Positions 28,381 through 42,650 of a DNA stretch of 64,000 nt are shown in pieces. Both the position numbers and the translations under genes were made by a program. The stretch is from the NCBI RefSeq assembly GCF_009914755.1, contig NC_060948.1, one strand, 5' to 3'. The notes below the pieces were generated by a model. The model saw only the letters and a program-made list of their open reading frames with translations. It was not told the DNA's origin and ran no database searches. This DNA comes from the human T2T-CHM13v2.0 reference genome, Homo sapiens. Position 1 is the stretch's first letter; each line of letters begins with the position of its first letter.

Positions 28381-31300
28381 AGTGAATAGAATCGAACTAA
28401 ATCGAATGGAATGGAATTGATAGGAACGGAATGGAAAGGAATGCAATGATTTGGCATGGAATGGAATCGAATGGCATCGAATGGAATGGAATGGAATGCA
28501 ATGGAATGGAATGTATTAGAATGTAATGAACTTTAATGGAATGTACTCGAATGGATTCGACTGGAATGGAATGTTCTGGAAGTGAATGGACTCCAATGGA
28601 ATGGATTCCAAAGGAATGGAATCGTACGGAATGGAATCTAATGGAATGGAATTAAATGGAAATGAATCAAATTGAATAGCACGGAATTGAATTGAATGGA
28701 ATGGAATGCAATGGAATCTAATGAAACGGAAAGGAAAGGAATGGAATGGAATGGAATGGGCTGGAATGGAAAGGAATCGAAACGAATGGAATGGAATCGA
28801 ACTGAAGAGACTGGAATGGAATGCACTGGAATGGAAGGGAGTGTAATGGAAGGTTCTCGAAAAAAATGGAATCGAATGGAATGGAATTGAATGGAACGGA
28901 ATAGAGTCGAATGGAATTGAATGGAATGGAATGGACTAGAGTGAAATGGAATCGAACCACAAGGAATGGACATGAATAGAATGGTCTCGAATTGAATGGA
29001 ATCGTATGGAATGGCATCAAACGGAATGGAATGGACAGCCACGGAATGGAATGCACTCGAATGCAATGGAGTCGAAACTAATGGACTGGAATAGAATGGA
29101 CTCGACTGGTACAGACTCCAATGGAATGGAATCGAATGGAAGGGAATCGATCGGAATGGACTCGAAGGGAAAAGACTGCAATTGAAAGGTCTCGAATGGA
29201 ATGGAAATTAATGGAATGGAATGGAATCGAATGAAATGGAGTCAAAAGGAATGGAATCGAATGGCAAGAAATCGAATGTAATGGAATCGCAAGGAATTGA
29301 TGTGAACGGAACGGAATGGAATGGAATCCAAAGGAATGGAATAGAATGGAATGGAATCGAATGGAAAGGACTCGAATGGAAATCACTCGAATAGAATGCA
29401 ATTTAATAAAATAGGATCAAATGTAATGGAATGGAATGGAAAGGAATCGAAACGAAAGGAATGGAGACAGATGGAATGGAATGGAACAGAGAGCAATGGT
29501 ATAGAATGGAATGGAATCATCTGGAATGGAATTGAATGGAATGGAATAATATGAAATGGAATGGAATGGAATGGAATGGAATGCCCTTGAATTAAATGGA
29601 CTGGAATGGAATGGACTCGAACAGAGTGGAATGGAAAGTGTTGAGATAGAATGGAATGGACTCCTTTGGAATGGTGTAGTATGCAATGCAATCGACTGGC
29701 AGGGAATCAAAAGGAATGTAATCGAATGGATTGGACTGGAATGCAATGGACTCGAATAGATTGGAAACGGAATGCAAAGGAATGGAATGGAATAGTATGG
29801 AATGGAATGGAAAGGAATGGAGTGGAATAGACTAGAGTGGAATGGAATGGACTGGAAAGCAATGGACTGGAATGGAACTTTCTTGAATGGACTGGAATCA
29901 AACGGAATGGAATGCAATGCAATCAAATGGCATGGAATAAAATAGAATGAAAGAGAATCAAATGGAATTGAATCGAATGGAATCGAATGGATTGGAAAGG
30001 ATTAGAATGGAATGGAATGGAATTGACTCAAATGGAATGGACTAGAATGGAATGGATTCGAATGGAAGGCAAAGGAATGGAATCTATTGGAATGGACTGT
30101 AATGGAATGGAATGGAAGGGATTGGAATGGACTCGAATGGAATGGACTGCAATAGAAAGGATTCGAATGGAATGAAAAAGAATTGAATGGAATAGAACAG
30201 AATGGAATCAAATCGAATGAAATGGAATGGAATAGAAAGGAATGGAATGAAATGGAATGGAAAGGATTCGAATGGAATGCAATCGAATGGAATGGAATCG
30301 AACGGAATGGAATAAAATGGAAGAAAACTGGCAAGAAATGGAATCGAAATGAATGGAGTGTTATGGAACGGACTCAAAAGGAATTGAATGTAATAGAATG
30401 GAGTGGAGTGGACTCGAATATAATGGACTGGAATGGAATGAAATCACATGGAATGGGAACGAATGGAATGGAATGGAAAGGAATGGAATCGAATGGAAAG
30501 GAATCGAATGGAAGGGAATGAAATTGAATCAACAGGAATGGAAGGGAATAGAATAGACGGTAATGGAATGGACTCGAATAGAATGGACACGAATGCTCAA
30601 ATTGAATGGACTCGAATGGAATGGAAACGAAAGGAATGTCATCGAATGGAATTGAATCGATTGGAATGAAATCGCATAGAATGGAGTGGAATCAAATGGA
30701 ATTGAATCGAAAGGAAAGGAAGCGAATGGACTGAAATGAAATGGAATGGAATTGAATGGAAAGTAATGCAATGGAATAGAATGGAACGAAATTTCACGGA
30801 ATGGAATCAAACTGAATGGAATCAAATCAATGGAATCAAATCAAATGGAATGGAAAGGAATTGAATGGAGTAGATTGGATTGGATGGGATTGGAATGAAA
30901 TGTACTGGAAAGGACTCGAATTTCATGAAACGGAATGGAATGAATTGGAACGGAATGGACTCGAATGGAATGGAATGTCATGGAATGGCATCAAATGGAA
31001 TGGCATCAAATGGAATGGAATCGAATGCAATGGAATGCTATGGAATGGAATGGAATGCATTGGAATGGAATGTCCTCTAATAGAATGGATTCGAGTGGAA
31101 TGGAATCGAATATAATGGAGTCGAATGAAATGGAATTGAAAGGAATGGGATCGAATAGAATGGAATATACTGGAATGTAATGTAATGAACTGGAATGTAA
31201 TTGACTGGAATGGAATGTACATGAATGGAATGTAATCGAATGGAAAGTAATCCAATGGAATAGAATCTAATGCAATAAAATCGATTCAGATAGAGTAGAA

Positions 31301-31943
31301 TGTAATGGAATGGAGTGCAGTGCAATGGAATGGAATGGAATGGAATGCAATGGAATGGAATGGAATGGAACGGAATGGAATGGAATGGGATGGGATGGAA
31401 TGGTATGGAATGGATAGTAATGGACTGGAGTGAAATGGACTGGAAAGGAATGTACTCAAATTGAAAGGGCTCGAAAGGAATGGAGTCAAATGGAATGGTC
31501 TGGAATGGAATGAACACGAATGTAATGCAATCCAATAGAATGGAATCGAATGGCATGGAATATAAAGAAATGGAATCGAAGAGAATGGAAACAAATGGAA
31601 TGGAATTGAATGGAATGGAATTGAATGGAATGCGAACGAATAGAGTGAAAGTGTATGCAGTAGATGGGAATAGAACGGAATGCAAGCTAAAGGAAAGAAT
31701 GGATTGGAATGGAATGGAATTCATTGGAATGGAAGGGAATGTAGTGTAATGGACAGGCCTGGAATAAAGTGGAATGCTACGGTCTTGAATGGAATAAAAA
31801 TGCATGGAATGGAATGCAATGAAACGGAATCGAATGTCATAGAATGTAATGGAATGCAAAAAAATGGAATCCAAAATCATTGACTGGAAAGGCTGGGTGT
31901 CGAAAGGAATTGACTCCAATGGAATGGAATCGAATGGAATGGA
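28381..31943 (+). repeat. DYZ1 unit U9 (3563 bp)
   Basis: HaeIII at 31756; variant cluster at 31633-31697. Confidence 0.93.
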
Positions 31944-34900
31944 AGAGAATAGAATCGAACTAAATCGAATGGAATGGAATTGATAGGAACGGAATGGAAA
32001 GGAATGCAATGATTTGGCATGGAATGGAATCGAATGGCATCGAATGGAATGGAATGGAATGCAATGGAATGGAGTGTATTAGAATGTAATGAACTTTAAT
32101 GGAATGTACTCGAATGGAATCGACTGGAATGGAATGTTCTGGAAGTGAATGGACTCCAATGGAATGGATTCAAAAGGAATGGAATCGTACGGAATGGAAT
32201 CTAATGGAATGGAATTAAATGGAAATGAATCAAACTGAATAGAACGGAATTGAATTGAATGGAATGGAATGCAATGGAATCTAATGAAACGGAAAGGAAA
32301 GGAATGGAATGGAATGGAATGGGCTGGGATGGAAAGGAATCGAAACGAATGGAATGGAATCGAACTGAAGAGACTGGAATGGAATGCACTGGAATGGAAG
32401 GGAGTGTAATGGAAGGTTCTCGAAAAAAATGGAATCGAATGGAATGGAATTGAATGGAACGGAATAGAGTCGAATGGAATTGAATGGAATGGAATGGACT
32501 AGAGTGAAATGGAATCGAACCACAAGGAATGGACAGGAATAGAATGGTCTCGAATTGAATGGAATCGTATGGAATGGCATCAAACGGAATGGAATGGACA
32601 GCCACGGAATGGAATGCACTCGAATGCAATGGAGTCGAAACTAATGGACTGGAATAGAATGGACTCGACTGGTACGGACTCCAATGGAATGGAATCGAAT
32701 GGAAGGGAATCGAACGGAAGGGATTCGAACGGAATGGACTCGAAGGGAAAAGACTGCAATGGAAAGGTCTCGAATGGAATGGAAATTAATGGAATGGAAT
32801 GGAATCGAATGAAATGGAGTCAAAAGGAATGGAATCGAATGGCAAGAAATCGAATGTAATGGAATCGCCAGGAATTGATGTGAACGGAACGGAATGGAAT
32901 GGAATCCAAAGGAATGGAATAGAATGGAATGGAATCGAATGGAAAGGACTCGAATGGAAATCACTCGAATAGAATGCAATTTAATAAAATAGGATCAAAT
33001 GTAATGGAATGGAATGGAAAGGAATCGAAACGAAAGGAATGGAGACAGATGGAATGGAATGGAACAGAGAGCAATGGTATAGAATGGAATGGAATCATCT
33101 GGAATGGAAATGAATGGAATGGAATAATATGAAATGGAATGGAATGGAATGGAATGGAATGCCCTTGAATTAAATGGACTGGAATGGAATGGACTCAAAC
33201 AGAGTGGAATGGAAATTGTGGAGATAGAATGGAATGAACTCCTTTGGAATGTTGTAGTATGCAATGCAATCGACTGGCAGGGAATCAAAAGGAATGAAAT
33301 CGAATGGATTGGACTGGAATGCAATGGACTCGAATAGATTGGAAACGGAATGCAAAGGAATGGAATGGAATAGTATGTAATGCAATGGAAGGGAATGGAG
33401 TGGAATAGACTAGAGTGGAATGGAATGGACTGGAAAGCAATGGACTGGAATGGAACTTTCTTGGATGGACTGGAATCAAACGGAATGGAATGCAATGCAA
33501 TCAAATGGCATGGAATAAAATAGAATGAAAGAGAATCAAATGGAATTGAATCGAATGGAATCGAATGGATTGGAAAGGAATAGAATGGAATGGAATGGAA
33601 TTGACTCAAATGGAATGGACTAGAATGGAATGGATTCGAATGGAAGGCAAAGGAATGGAATCTATTGGAATGGACTGTAATGGAATGGAATGGAAGGGAT
33701 TGGAATGGACTCGAATGGAATGGACTGCAATAGAAAGGATTCGAATGGAATGAAAAAGAATTGAATGGAATAGAACAGAATGGAATCAAATCGAATGAAA
33801 TGGAATGGAATAGAAAGGAATGGAATGAAACGGAATGGAAAGGATTCGAATGGAATGCAATCGAATGGAATGGAATCGAACGGAATGGAATAAAATGGAA
33901 GAAAACTGGCAAGAAATGGAATCGAAATGAATGGAGTGTTATGGAACGGACTCAAAAGGAATTGAATGTAATAGAATGGAGTGGAGTGGACTCGAATATA
34001 ATGGACTGGAATGGAATGAAATCACATGGAATGGGAACGAATGGAATGGAATGGAAAGGAATGGAATCGAATGGAAAGGAATCGAATGGAAGGGAATGAA
34101 ATTGAATCAACAGGAATGGAAGGGAATAGAATAGACTGTAATGGAATGGACTCGAATAGAATGGACACGAATGCTCAAATTAAATGGACTCGAATGGAAT
34201 GGAAACGAAAGGAATGTCATCGAATGGAATTGAATCGATTGGAATGAAATCGCATAGTATGGAGTGGAATCAAATGGAATTGAATCGAAAGGAAAGGAAG
34301 CGAATGGACTGAAATGAAATGGAATGGAATTGAATGGAAAGTAATGCAATGGAATAGAATGGAACGAAATTTCACGGAATGGAATCAAACTGAATGGAAT
34401 CAAATCAATGGAATCAAATCAAATGGAATGGAAAGGAATTGAATGGAGTAGATGGGATAGGATGGGATTGGAATGAAATGTACTGGAAAGGACTCGAATT
34501 TCATGAAACGGAATGGAATGAATTGGAAGGGAATGGACTCGAATGGAATGGAATGTCATGGGATGGCATCAAATGGAATGGCATCAAATGGAATGGAATC
34601 GAATGCAATGGAATGCTATGGAATGGAATGGAATGCATTGGAATGGAATGTCCGCTAATGGAATGGATTCGAGTGGAATGGAATTGAATATAATGGAGTC
34701 GAATGAAATGGAATTCAAAGGAATGGGATCGAATACAATGGAATATACTGGAATGTAACGTAATGAACTCGAATGTAATTGACTGGAATGGAATGTACAT
34801 GAATGGAATGTAATCGAATGGAAAGTAATCCAATGGAATAGAATCTAATGCAATAAAATCGACTCAGATAGAGTAGAATGTAATGGAATGGAGTGCAGTG

Positions 34901-35517
34901 CAATAGAATGGAATGGAATGGAATGCAATGGAATGGAATGGAATGGAATGGAATGGAATGGAATGGAATGGAATGGAATGGTATGGAATGGTATGGAATG
35001 GATAGTAATGGACTGGATTGAAATGGACTGGAAAGGAATGGACTCAAATTGAAAGGGCTCGAAAGGAATGGAGTCAAATGGAATGGTCTGGAATGGAATG
35101 AACACGAATGTAATGCAACCCAATAGAATGGAATCGAATGGCATGGAATATAAAGAAATGGAATCGAAGAGAATGGAAACAAATGGAATGGAATTGAATG
35201 GAATGGGAACGAATGGAGTGAAATTGTATGCAGTAGAAGGGAATAGAATGGAATGCAAGCGAAAGGAAAGGAATGGATTGGAATGGAATGGAATTCATTG
35301 GAATGGAAGGGAATGTAGTGTAATGGACAGGCCTGGAATAAAGTGGAATGCTACGGTCTTGAATGGAATAAAAATGCATGGAATGGAATGCAATGAAACG
35401 GAATCGAATGTCATAGAATGTAATGGAATGCAAAAAAATGGAATCCAAAATCATTGAGTGGAAAGGCTGGGTGTCGAAAGGAATTGACTCCAATGGAATG
35501 GAATCGAATGGAATGGA
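31944..35517 (+). repeat. DYZ1 unit U10 (3574 bp, longest)
   Basis: HaeIII at 35330; extra EcoRI site at 34711; 15-bp duplication at 32701-32730. Confidence 0.93.
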
Positions 35518-38500
35518 AGAGAATAGAATCGAACTAAATCGAATGGAATGGAATTGATAGGAACGGAATGGAAAGGAATGCAATGATTTGGCATGGAATG
35601 GAATCGAATGGCATCGAATGGAATGGAATGGAATGCAATGGAATGGAGTGTATTAGAATGTAATGAACTTTAATGGAATGTACTCGAATGGAATCGACTG
35701 GAATGGAATGTTCTGGAAGTGAATGGACTCCAATGGAATGGATTCAAAAGGAATGGAATCGTACGGAATGGAATCTAATGGAATGGAATTAAATGGAAAT
35801 GAATCAAACTGAATAGAACGGAATTGAATTGAATGGAATGGAATGCAATGGAATCTAATGAAACGGAAAGGAAAGGAATGGAATGGAATGGAATGGGCTG
35901 GGATGGAAAGGAATCGAAACGAATGGAATGGAATCGAACTGAAGAGACTGGAATGGAATGCACTGGAATGGAAGGGAGTGTAATGGAAGGTTCTCGAAAA
36001 AAATGGAATCGAATGGAATGGAATTGAATGGAACGGAATAGAGTCGAATGGAATTGAATGGAATGGAATGGACTAGAGTGAAATGGAATCGAACCACAAG
36101 GAATGGACAGGAATAGAATGGTCTCGAATTGAATGGAATCGTATGGAATGGCATCAAACGGAATGGAATGGACAGCCACGGAATGGAATGCACTCGAATG
36201 CAATGGAGTCGAAACTAATGGACTGGAGTAGAATGGACTCGACTGGTACGGACTCCAATGGAATGGAATCGAATGGAAGGGAATCGAACGGAAGGGATTC
36301 GAACGGAATGGACTCGAAGGGAAAAGACTGCAATGGAAAGGTCTCGAATGGAATGGAAATTAATGGAATGGAATGGAATCGAATGAAATGGAGTCAAAAG
36401 GAATGGAATCGAATGGCAAGAAATCGAATGTAATGGAATCGCCAGGAATTGATGTGAACGGAACGGAATGGAATGGAATCCAAAGGAATGGAATAGAATG
36501 GAATGGAATCGAATGGAAAGGACTCGAATGGAAATCACTCGAATAGAATGCAATTTAATAAAATAGGATCAAATGTAATGGAATGGAATGGAAAGGAATC
36601 GAAACGAAAGGAATGGAGACAGATGGAATGGAATGGAACAGAGAGCAATGGTATAGAATGGAATGGAATCATCTGGAATGGAAATGAATGGAATGGAATA
36701 ATATGAAATGGAATGGAATGGAATGGAATGGAATGCCCTTGAATTAAATGGACTGGAATGGAATGGACTCAAACAGAGTGGAATGGAAATTGTGGAGATA
36801 GAATGGAATGAACTCCTTTGGAATGTTGTAGTATGCAATGCAATCGACTGGCAGGGAATCAAAAGGAATGAAATCGAATGGATTGGACTGGAATGCAATG
36901 GACTCGAATAGATTGGAAACGGAATGCAAAGGAATGGAATGGAATAGTATGTAATGCAATGGAAGGGAATGGAGTGGAATAGACTAGAGTGGAATGGAAT
37001 GGACTGGAAAGCAATGGACTGGAATGGAACTTTCTTGGATGGACTGGAATCAAACGGAATGGAATGCAATGCAATCAAATGGCATGGAATAAAATAGAAT
37101 GAAAGAGAATCAAATGGAATTGAATCGAATGGAATCGAATGGATTGGAAAGGAATAGAATGGAATGGAATGGAATTGACTCAAATGGAATGGACTAGAAT
37201 GGAATGGATTCGAATGGAAGGCAAAGGAATGGAATCTATTGGAATGGACTGTAATGGAATGGAATGGAAGGGATTGGAATGGACTCGAATGGAATGGACT
37301 GCAATAGAAAGGATTCGAATGGAATGAAAAAGAATTGAATGGAATAGAACAGAATGGAATCAAATCGAATGAAATGGAATGGAATAGAAAGGAATGGAAT
37401 GAAACGGAATGGAAAGGATTCGAATGGAATGCAATCGAATGGAATGGAATCGAACGGAATGGAATAAAATGGAAGAAAACTGGCAAGAAATGGAATCGAA
37501 ATGAATGGAGTGTTATGGAACGGACTCAAAAGGAATTGAATGTAATAGAATGGAGTGGAGTGGACTCGAATATAATGGACTGGAATGGAATGAAATCACA
37601 TGGAATGGGAACGAATGGAATGGAATGGAAAGGAATGGAATCGAATGGAAAGGAATCGAATGGAAGGGAATGAAATTGAATCAACAGGAATGGAAGGGAA
37701 TAGAATAGACTGTAATGGAATGGACTCGAATAGAATGGACACGAATGCTCAAATTAAATGGACTCGAATGGAATGGAAACGAAAGGAATGTCATCGAATG
37801 GAATTGAATCGATTGGAATGAAATCGCATAGAATGGAGTGGAATCAAATGGAATTGAATCGAAAGGAAAGGAAGCGAATGGACTGAAATGAAATGGAATG
37901 GAATTGAATGGAAAGTAATGCAATGGAATAGAATGGAACGAAATTTCACGGAATGGAATCAAACTGAATGGAATCAAATCAATGGAATCAAATCAAATGG
38001 AATGGAAAGGAATTGAATGGAGTAGATGGGATTGGATGGGATTGGAATGAAATGTACTGGAAAGGACTCGAATTTCATGAAACGGAATGGAATGAATTGG
38101 AAGGGAATGGACTCGAATGGAATGGAATGTCATGGGATGGCATCAAATGGAATGGCATCAAATGGAATGGAATCGAATGCAATGGAATGCTATGGAATGG
38201 AATGGAATGCATTGGAATGGAATGTCCGCTAATGGAATGGATTCGAGTGGAATGGAATTGAATATAATGGAGTCGAATGAAATGGAATTCAAAGGAATGG
38301 GATCGAATACAATGGAATATACTGGAATGTAACGTAATGAACTCGAATGTAATTGACTGGAATGGAATGTACATGAATGGAATGTAATCGAAAGGAAAGT
38401 AATCCAATGGAATAGAATCTAATGCAATAAAATCGACTCAGATAGAGTAGAATGTAATGGAATGGAGTGCAGTGCAATAGAATGGAATGGAATGGAATGC

Positions 38501-39086
38501 AATGGAATGGAATGGAATGGAATGCAATGGAATGGAATGGAATGGAATGGTATGGAATGGTATGGAATGGATAGTAATGGACTGGAGTGAAATGGACTGG
38601 AAAGGAATGGACTCAAATTGAAAGGGCTCGAAAGGAATGGAGTCAAATGGAATGGTCTGGAATGGAATGAACACGAATGTAATGCAACCCAATAGAATGG
38701 AATCGAATGGCATGGAATATAAAGAAATGGAATCGAAGAGAATGGAAACAAATGGAATGGAATTGAATGGAATGGGAACGAATGGAGTGAAATTGTATGC
38801 AGTAGAAGAGAATAGAATGGAATGCAAGCGAAAGGAAAGGAATGGATTGGAATGGAATGGAATTCATTGGAATGGAAGGGAATGTAGTGTAATGGACAGG
38901 CCTGGAATAAAGTGGAATGCTACGGTCTCGAATGGAATAAAAATGTATGGAATGGAATGCAATGAAACGGAATCGAATGTCATAGAATGTAATGGAATGC
39001 AAAAAAATGGAATCCAAAATCATTGACTGGAAAGGCTGGGTGTCGAAAGGAATTGACTCCAATGGAATGGAATCGAATGGAATGGA
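35518..39086 (+). repeat. DYZ1 unit U11 (3569 bp), near copy of U10
   Basis: HaeIII at 38899; extra EcoRI site at 38285. Confidence 0.93.
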
Positions 39087-42000
39087 AGTGAATAGAATCG
39101 AACTAAATCGAATGGAATGGAATTGATAGGAACGGAATGGAAAGGAATGCAATGATTTGGCATGGAATGGAATCGAATGGCATCGAATGGAATGGAATGG
39201 AATGCAATGGAATGGAATGTATTAGAATGTAATGAACTTTAATGGAATGTACTCGAATGGATTCGACTGGAATGGAATGTTCTGGAAGTGAATGGACTCC
39301 AATGGAATGGATTCAAAAGGAATGGAATCGTACGGAATGGAATCTAATGGAATGGAATTAAATGGAAATGAATCAAATTGAATAGCACGGAATTGAATTG
39401 AATGGAATGGAATGCAATGGAATCTAATGAAACGGAAAGGAAAGGAATGGAATGGAATGGAATGGGCTGGAATGGAAAGGAATCGAAACGAATGGAATGG
39501 AATCGAACTGAAGAGACTGGAATGGAATGCACTGGAATGGAAGGGAGTGTAATGGAAGGTTCTCGAAAAAAATGGAATCGAATGGAATGGAATTGAATGG
39601 AACGGAATAGAGTCGAATGGAATTGAATGGAATGGAATGGACTAGAGTGAAGTGGAATCGAACCACAAGGAATGGACAGGAATAGAATGGTCTCGAATTG
39701 AATGGAATCGTATGGAATGGCATCAAACGGAATGGAATGGACAGCCACGGAATGGAATGCACTCGAATGCAATGGAGTCGAAACTAACGGACTGGAATAG
39801 AATGGACTCGACTGGTACGGACTCCAATGGAATGGAATCGAATGGAAGGGAATCGAACGGAAGGGAATCGAACGGAATGGACTCGAAGGGAAAAGACTGC
39901 AATGGAAACGTCTCGAATGGAATGGAAATTAATGGAATGGAATGGAGTCGAATGAAATGGAGTCAAAAGGAATGGAATCGAATGGCAAGAAATCGAATGT
40001 AATGGAATCGCAAGGAATTGATGTGAACGGAACGGAATGGAATGGAATCCAAAGGAATGGAATAGAATGGAATGGAATCGAATGGAAAGGACTCGAATGG
40101 AAATCACTCGAATAGAATGCAATTTAATAAAATAGGATCAAATGTAATGGAATGGAATGGAAAGGAATCGAAACGAAAGGAATGGAGACAGATGGAATGG
40201 AATGGAACAGAGAGCAATGGTATAGAATGGAATGGAATCATCTGGAATGGAATTGAATGGAATGGAATAATATGAAATGGAATGGAATGGAATGGAATGG
40301 AATGCCCTTGAATTAAATGGACTGGAATGGAATGGACTCAAACAGAGTGGAATGGAAAGTGTGGAGATAGAATGGAATGAACTCCTTCGGAATGGTCTAG
40401 TAGGCAATGCAATCGACTGGCAGGGAATCAAAAGGAATGTAATCGAATGGATTGGACTGGAATGCAATGGACTCGAATAGATTGGAAACGGAATGCAAAG
40501 AATGGAATGGAATAGTATGGAATGGAATGGAAAGGAATGGAGTGGAACAGACTAGAGTGGAATGGAATGGACTGGAAAGCAATGGACTGGAATGGAACTT
40601 TCTTGAATGGACTGGAATCAAACGGAATGGAATGCAATGCAATCAAATGGCATGGAATAAAATAGAATGAAAGAGAATCAAATGGAATTGAATCGAATGG
40701 AATCGAATGGATTGGAAAGGAATAGAATGGAATGGAATGGAATTGACTCAAATGGAATGGACTAGAATGGAATGGATTCGAATGGAAGGCAAAGGAATGG
40801 AATCTATTGGAATGGACTGTAATGGAATGGAATGGAAGGGATTGGAATGGACTCGAATGGAATGGACTGCAATAGAAAGGATTCGAATGGAATGAAAAAG
40901 AATTGAATGGAATAGAACAGAATGGAATCAAATCGAATGAAATGGAATGGAATAGAAAGGAATGGAATGAAATGGAATGGAAAGGATTCGAATGGAATGC
41001 AATCGAATGGAATGGAATCGAACGGAATGGAATAAAATGGAAGAAAACTGGCAAGAAATGGAATCGAAATGAATGGAGTGTTATGGAACGGACTCAAAAG
41101 GAATTGAATGTAATAGAATGGAGTGGAGTGGACTCGAATATAATGGACTGGAATGGAATGAAATCACATGGAATGGGAACGAATGGAATGGAATGGAAAG
41201 GAATGGAATCGAATGGAAAGGAATCGAATGGAAGGGAATGAAATTGAATCAACAGGAATGGAAGGGAATAGAATAGACGGTAATGGAATGGACTCGAATA
41301 GAATGGACACGAATGCTCAAATTAAATGGACTCGAATGGAATGGAAACGAAAGGAATGTCATCGAATGGAATTGAATCGATTGGAATGAAATCGCATAGA
41401 ATGGAGTGGAATCAAATGGAATTGAATCGAAAGGAAAGGAAGCGAATGGACTGAAATGAAATGGAATGGAATTGAATGGAAAGTAATGCAATGGAATAGA
41501 ATGGAACGAAATTTCACGGAATGGAATCAAACTGAATGGAATCAAATCAAATGGAATGGAAAGGAATTGAATGGAGTAGATGGGATTGGATGGGATTGGA
41601 ATGAAATGTACTGGAAAGGACTCGAATTTCATGAAACGGAATGGAATGAATTGGAACGGAATGGACTCGAATGGAATGGAATGTCATGGGATGGCATCAA
41701 ATGGAATGGCATCAAATGGAATGGAATCGAATGCAATGGAATGCTATGGAATGGAATGGAATGCATTGGAATGGAATGTCCTCTAATGGAATGGATTCGA
41801 GTGGAATGGAATTGAATATAATGGAGTCGAATGAAATGGAATTGAAAGGAATGGGATCGAATACAATGGAATATACTGGAATGTAACGTAATGAACTCGA
41901 ATGTAATTGACTGGAATGGAATGTACATGAATGGAATGTAATCGAATGGAAAGTAATCCAATGGAATAGAATCTAATGCAATAAAATCGACTCAGATAGA

Positions 42001-42650
42001 GTAGAATGTAATGGAATGGAGTGCAGTGCAATGGAATGGAATGGAATGGAATGCAATGGAATGGAATGGAATGGAATGGAATGGAATGGAATGGAATGGG
42101 ATGGAATGGTATGGAATGGATAGTAATGGACTGGAGTGAAATGGACTGGAAAGGAATGGACTCAAATTGAAAGGTCTCGAAAGGAATGGAGTCAAATGGA
42201 ATGGTCTGGAATGGAATGAACACGAATGTAATGCAACCCAATAGAATGGAATCGAATGGCATGGAATATAAAGAAATGGAATCGAAGAGAATGGAAACAA
42301 ATGGAATGGAATTGAATGGAATGGAATTGAATGGAATGGGAACGAATGGAGTGAAATTGTATGCAGTAGAAGAGAATAGAATGGAATGCAAGCGAAAGGA
42401 AAGGAATGGATTGGAATGGAATGGAATTCATTGGAATGGAAGGGAATGTAGTGTAATGGACAGGCCTGGAATAAAGTGGAATGCTACGGTCTCGAATGGA
42501 ATAAAAATGTATGGAATGGAATGCAATGAAACGGAATCGAATGTCATAGAATGTAATGGAATGCAAAAAAATGGAATCCAAAATCATTGACTGGAAAGGC
42601 TGGGTGTCGAAAGGAATTGACTCCAATGGAATGGAATCGAATGGAATGGA
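39087..42650 (+). repeat. DYZ1 unit U12 (3564 bp)
   Basis: HaeIII at 42463; 1-bp deletion at about 40500 and 14-bp deletion at about 41545. Confidence 0.93.
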
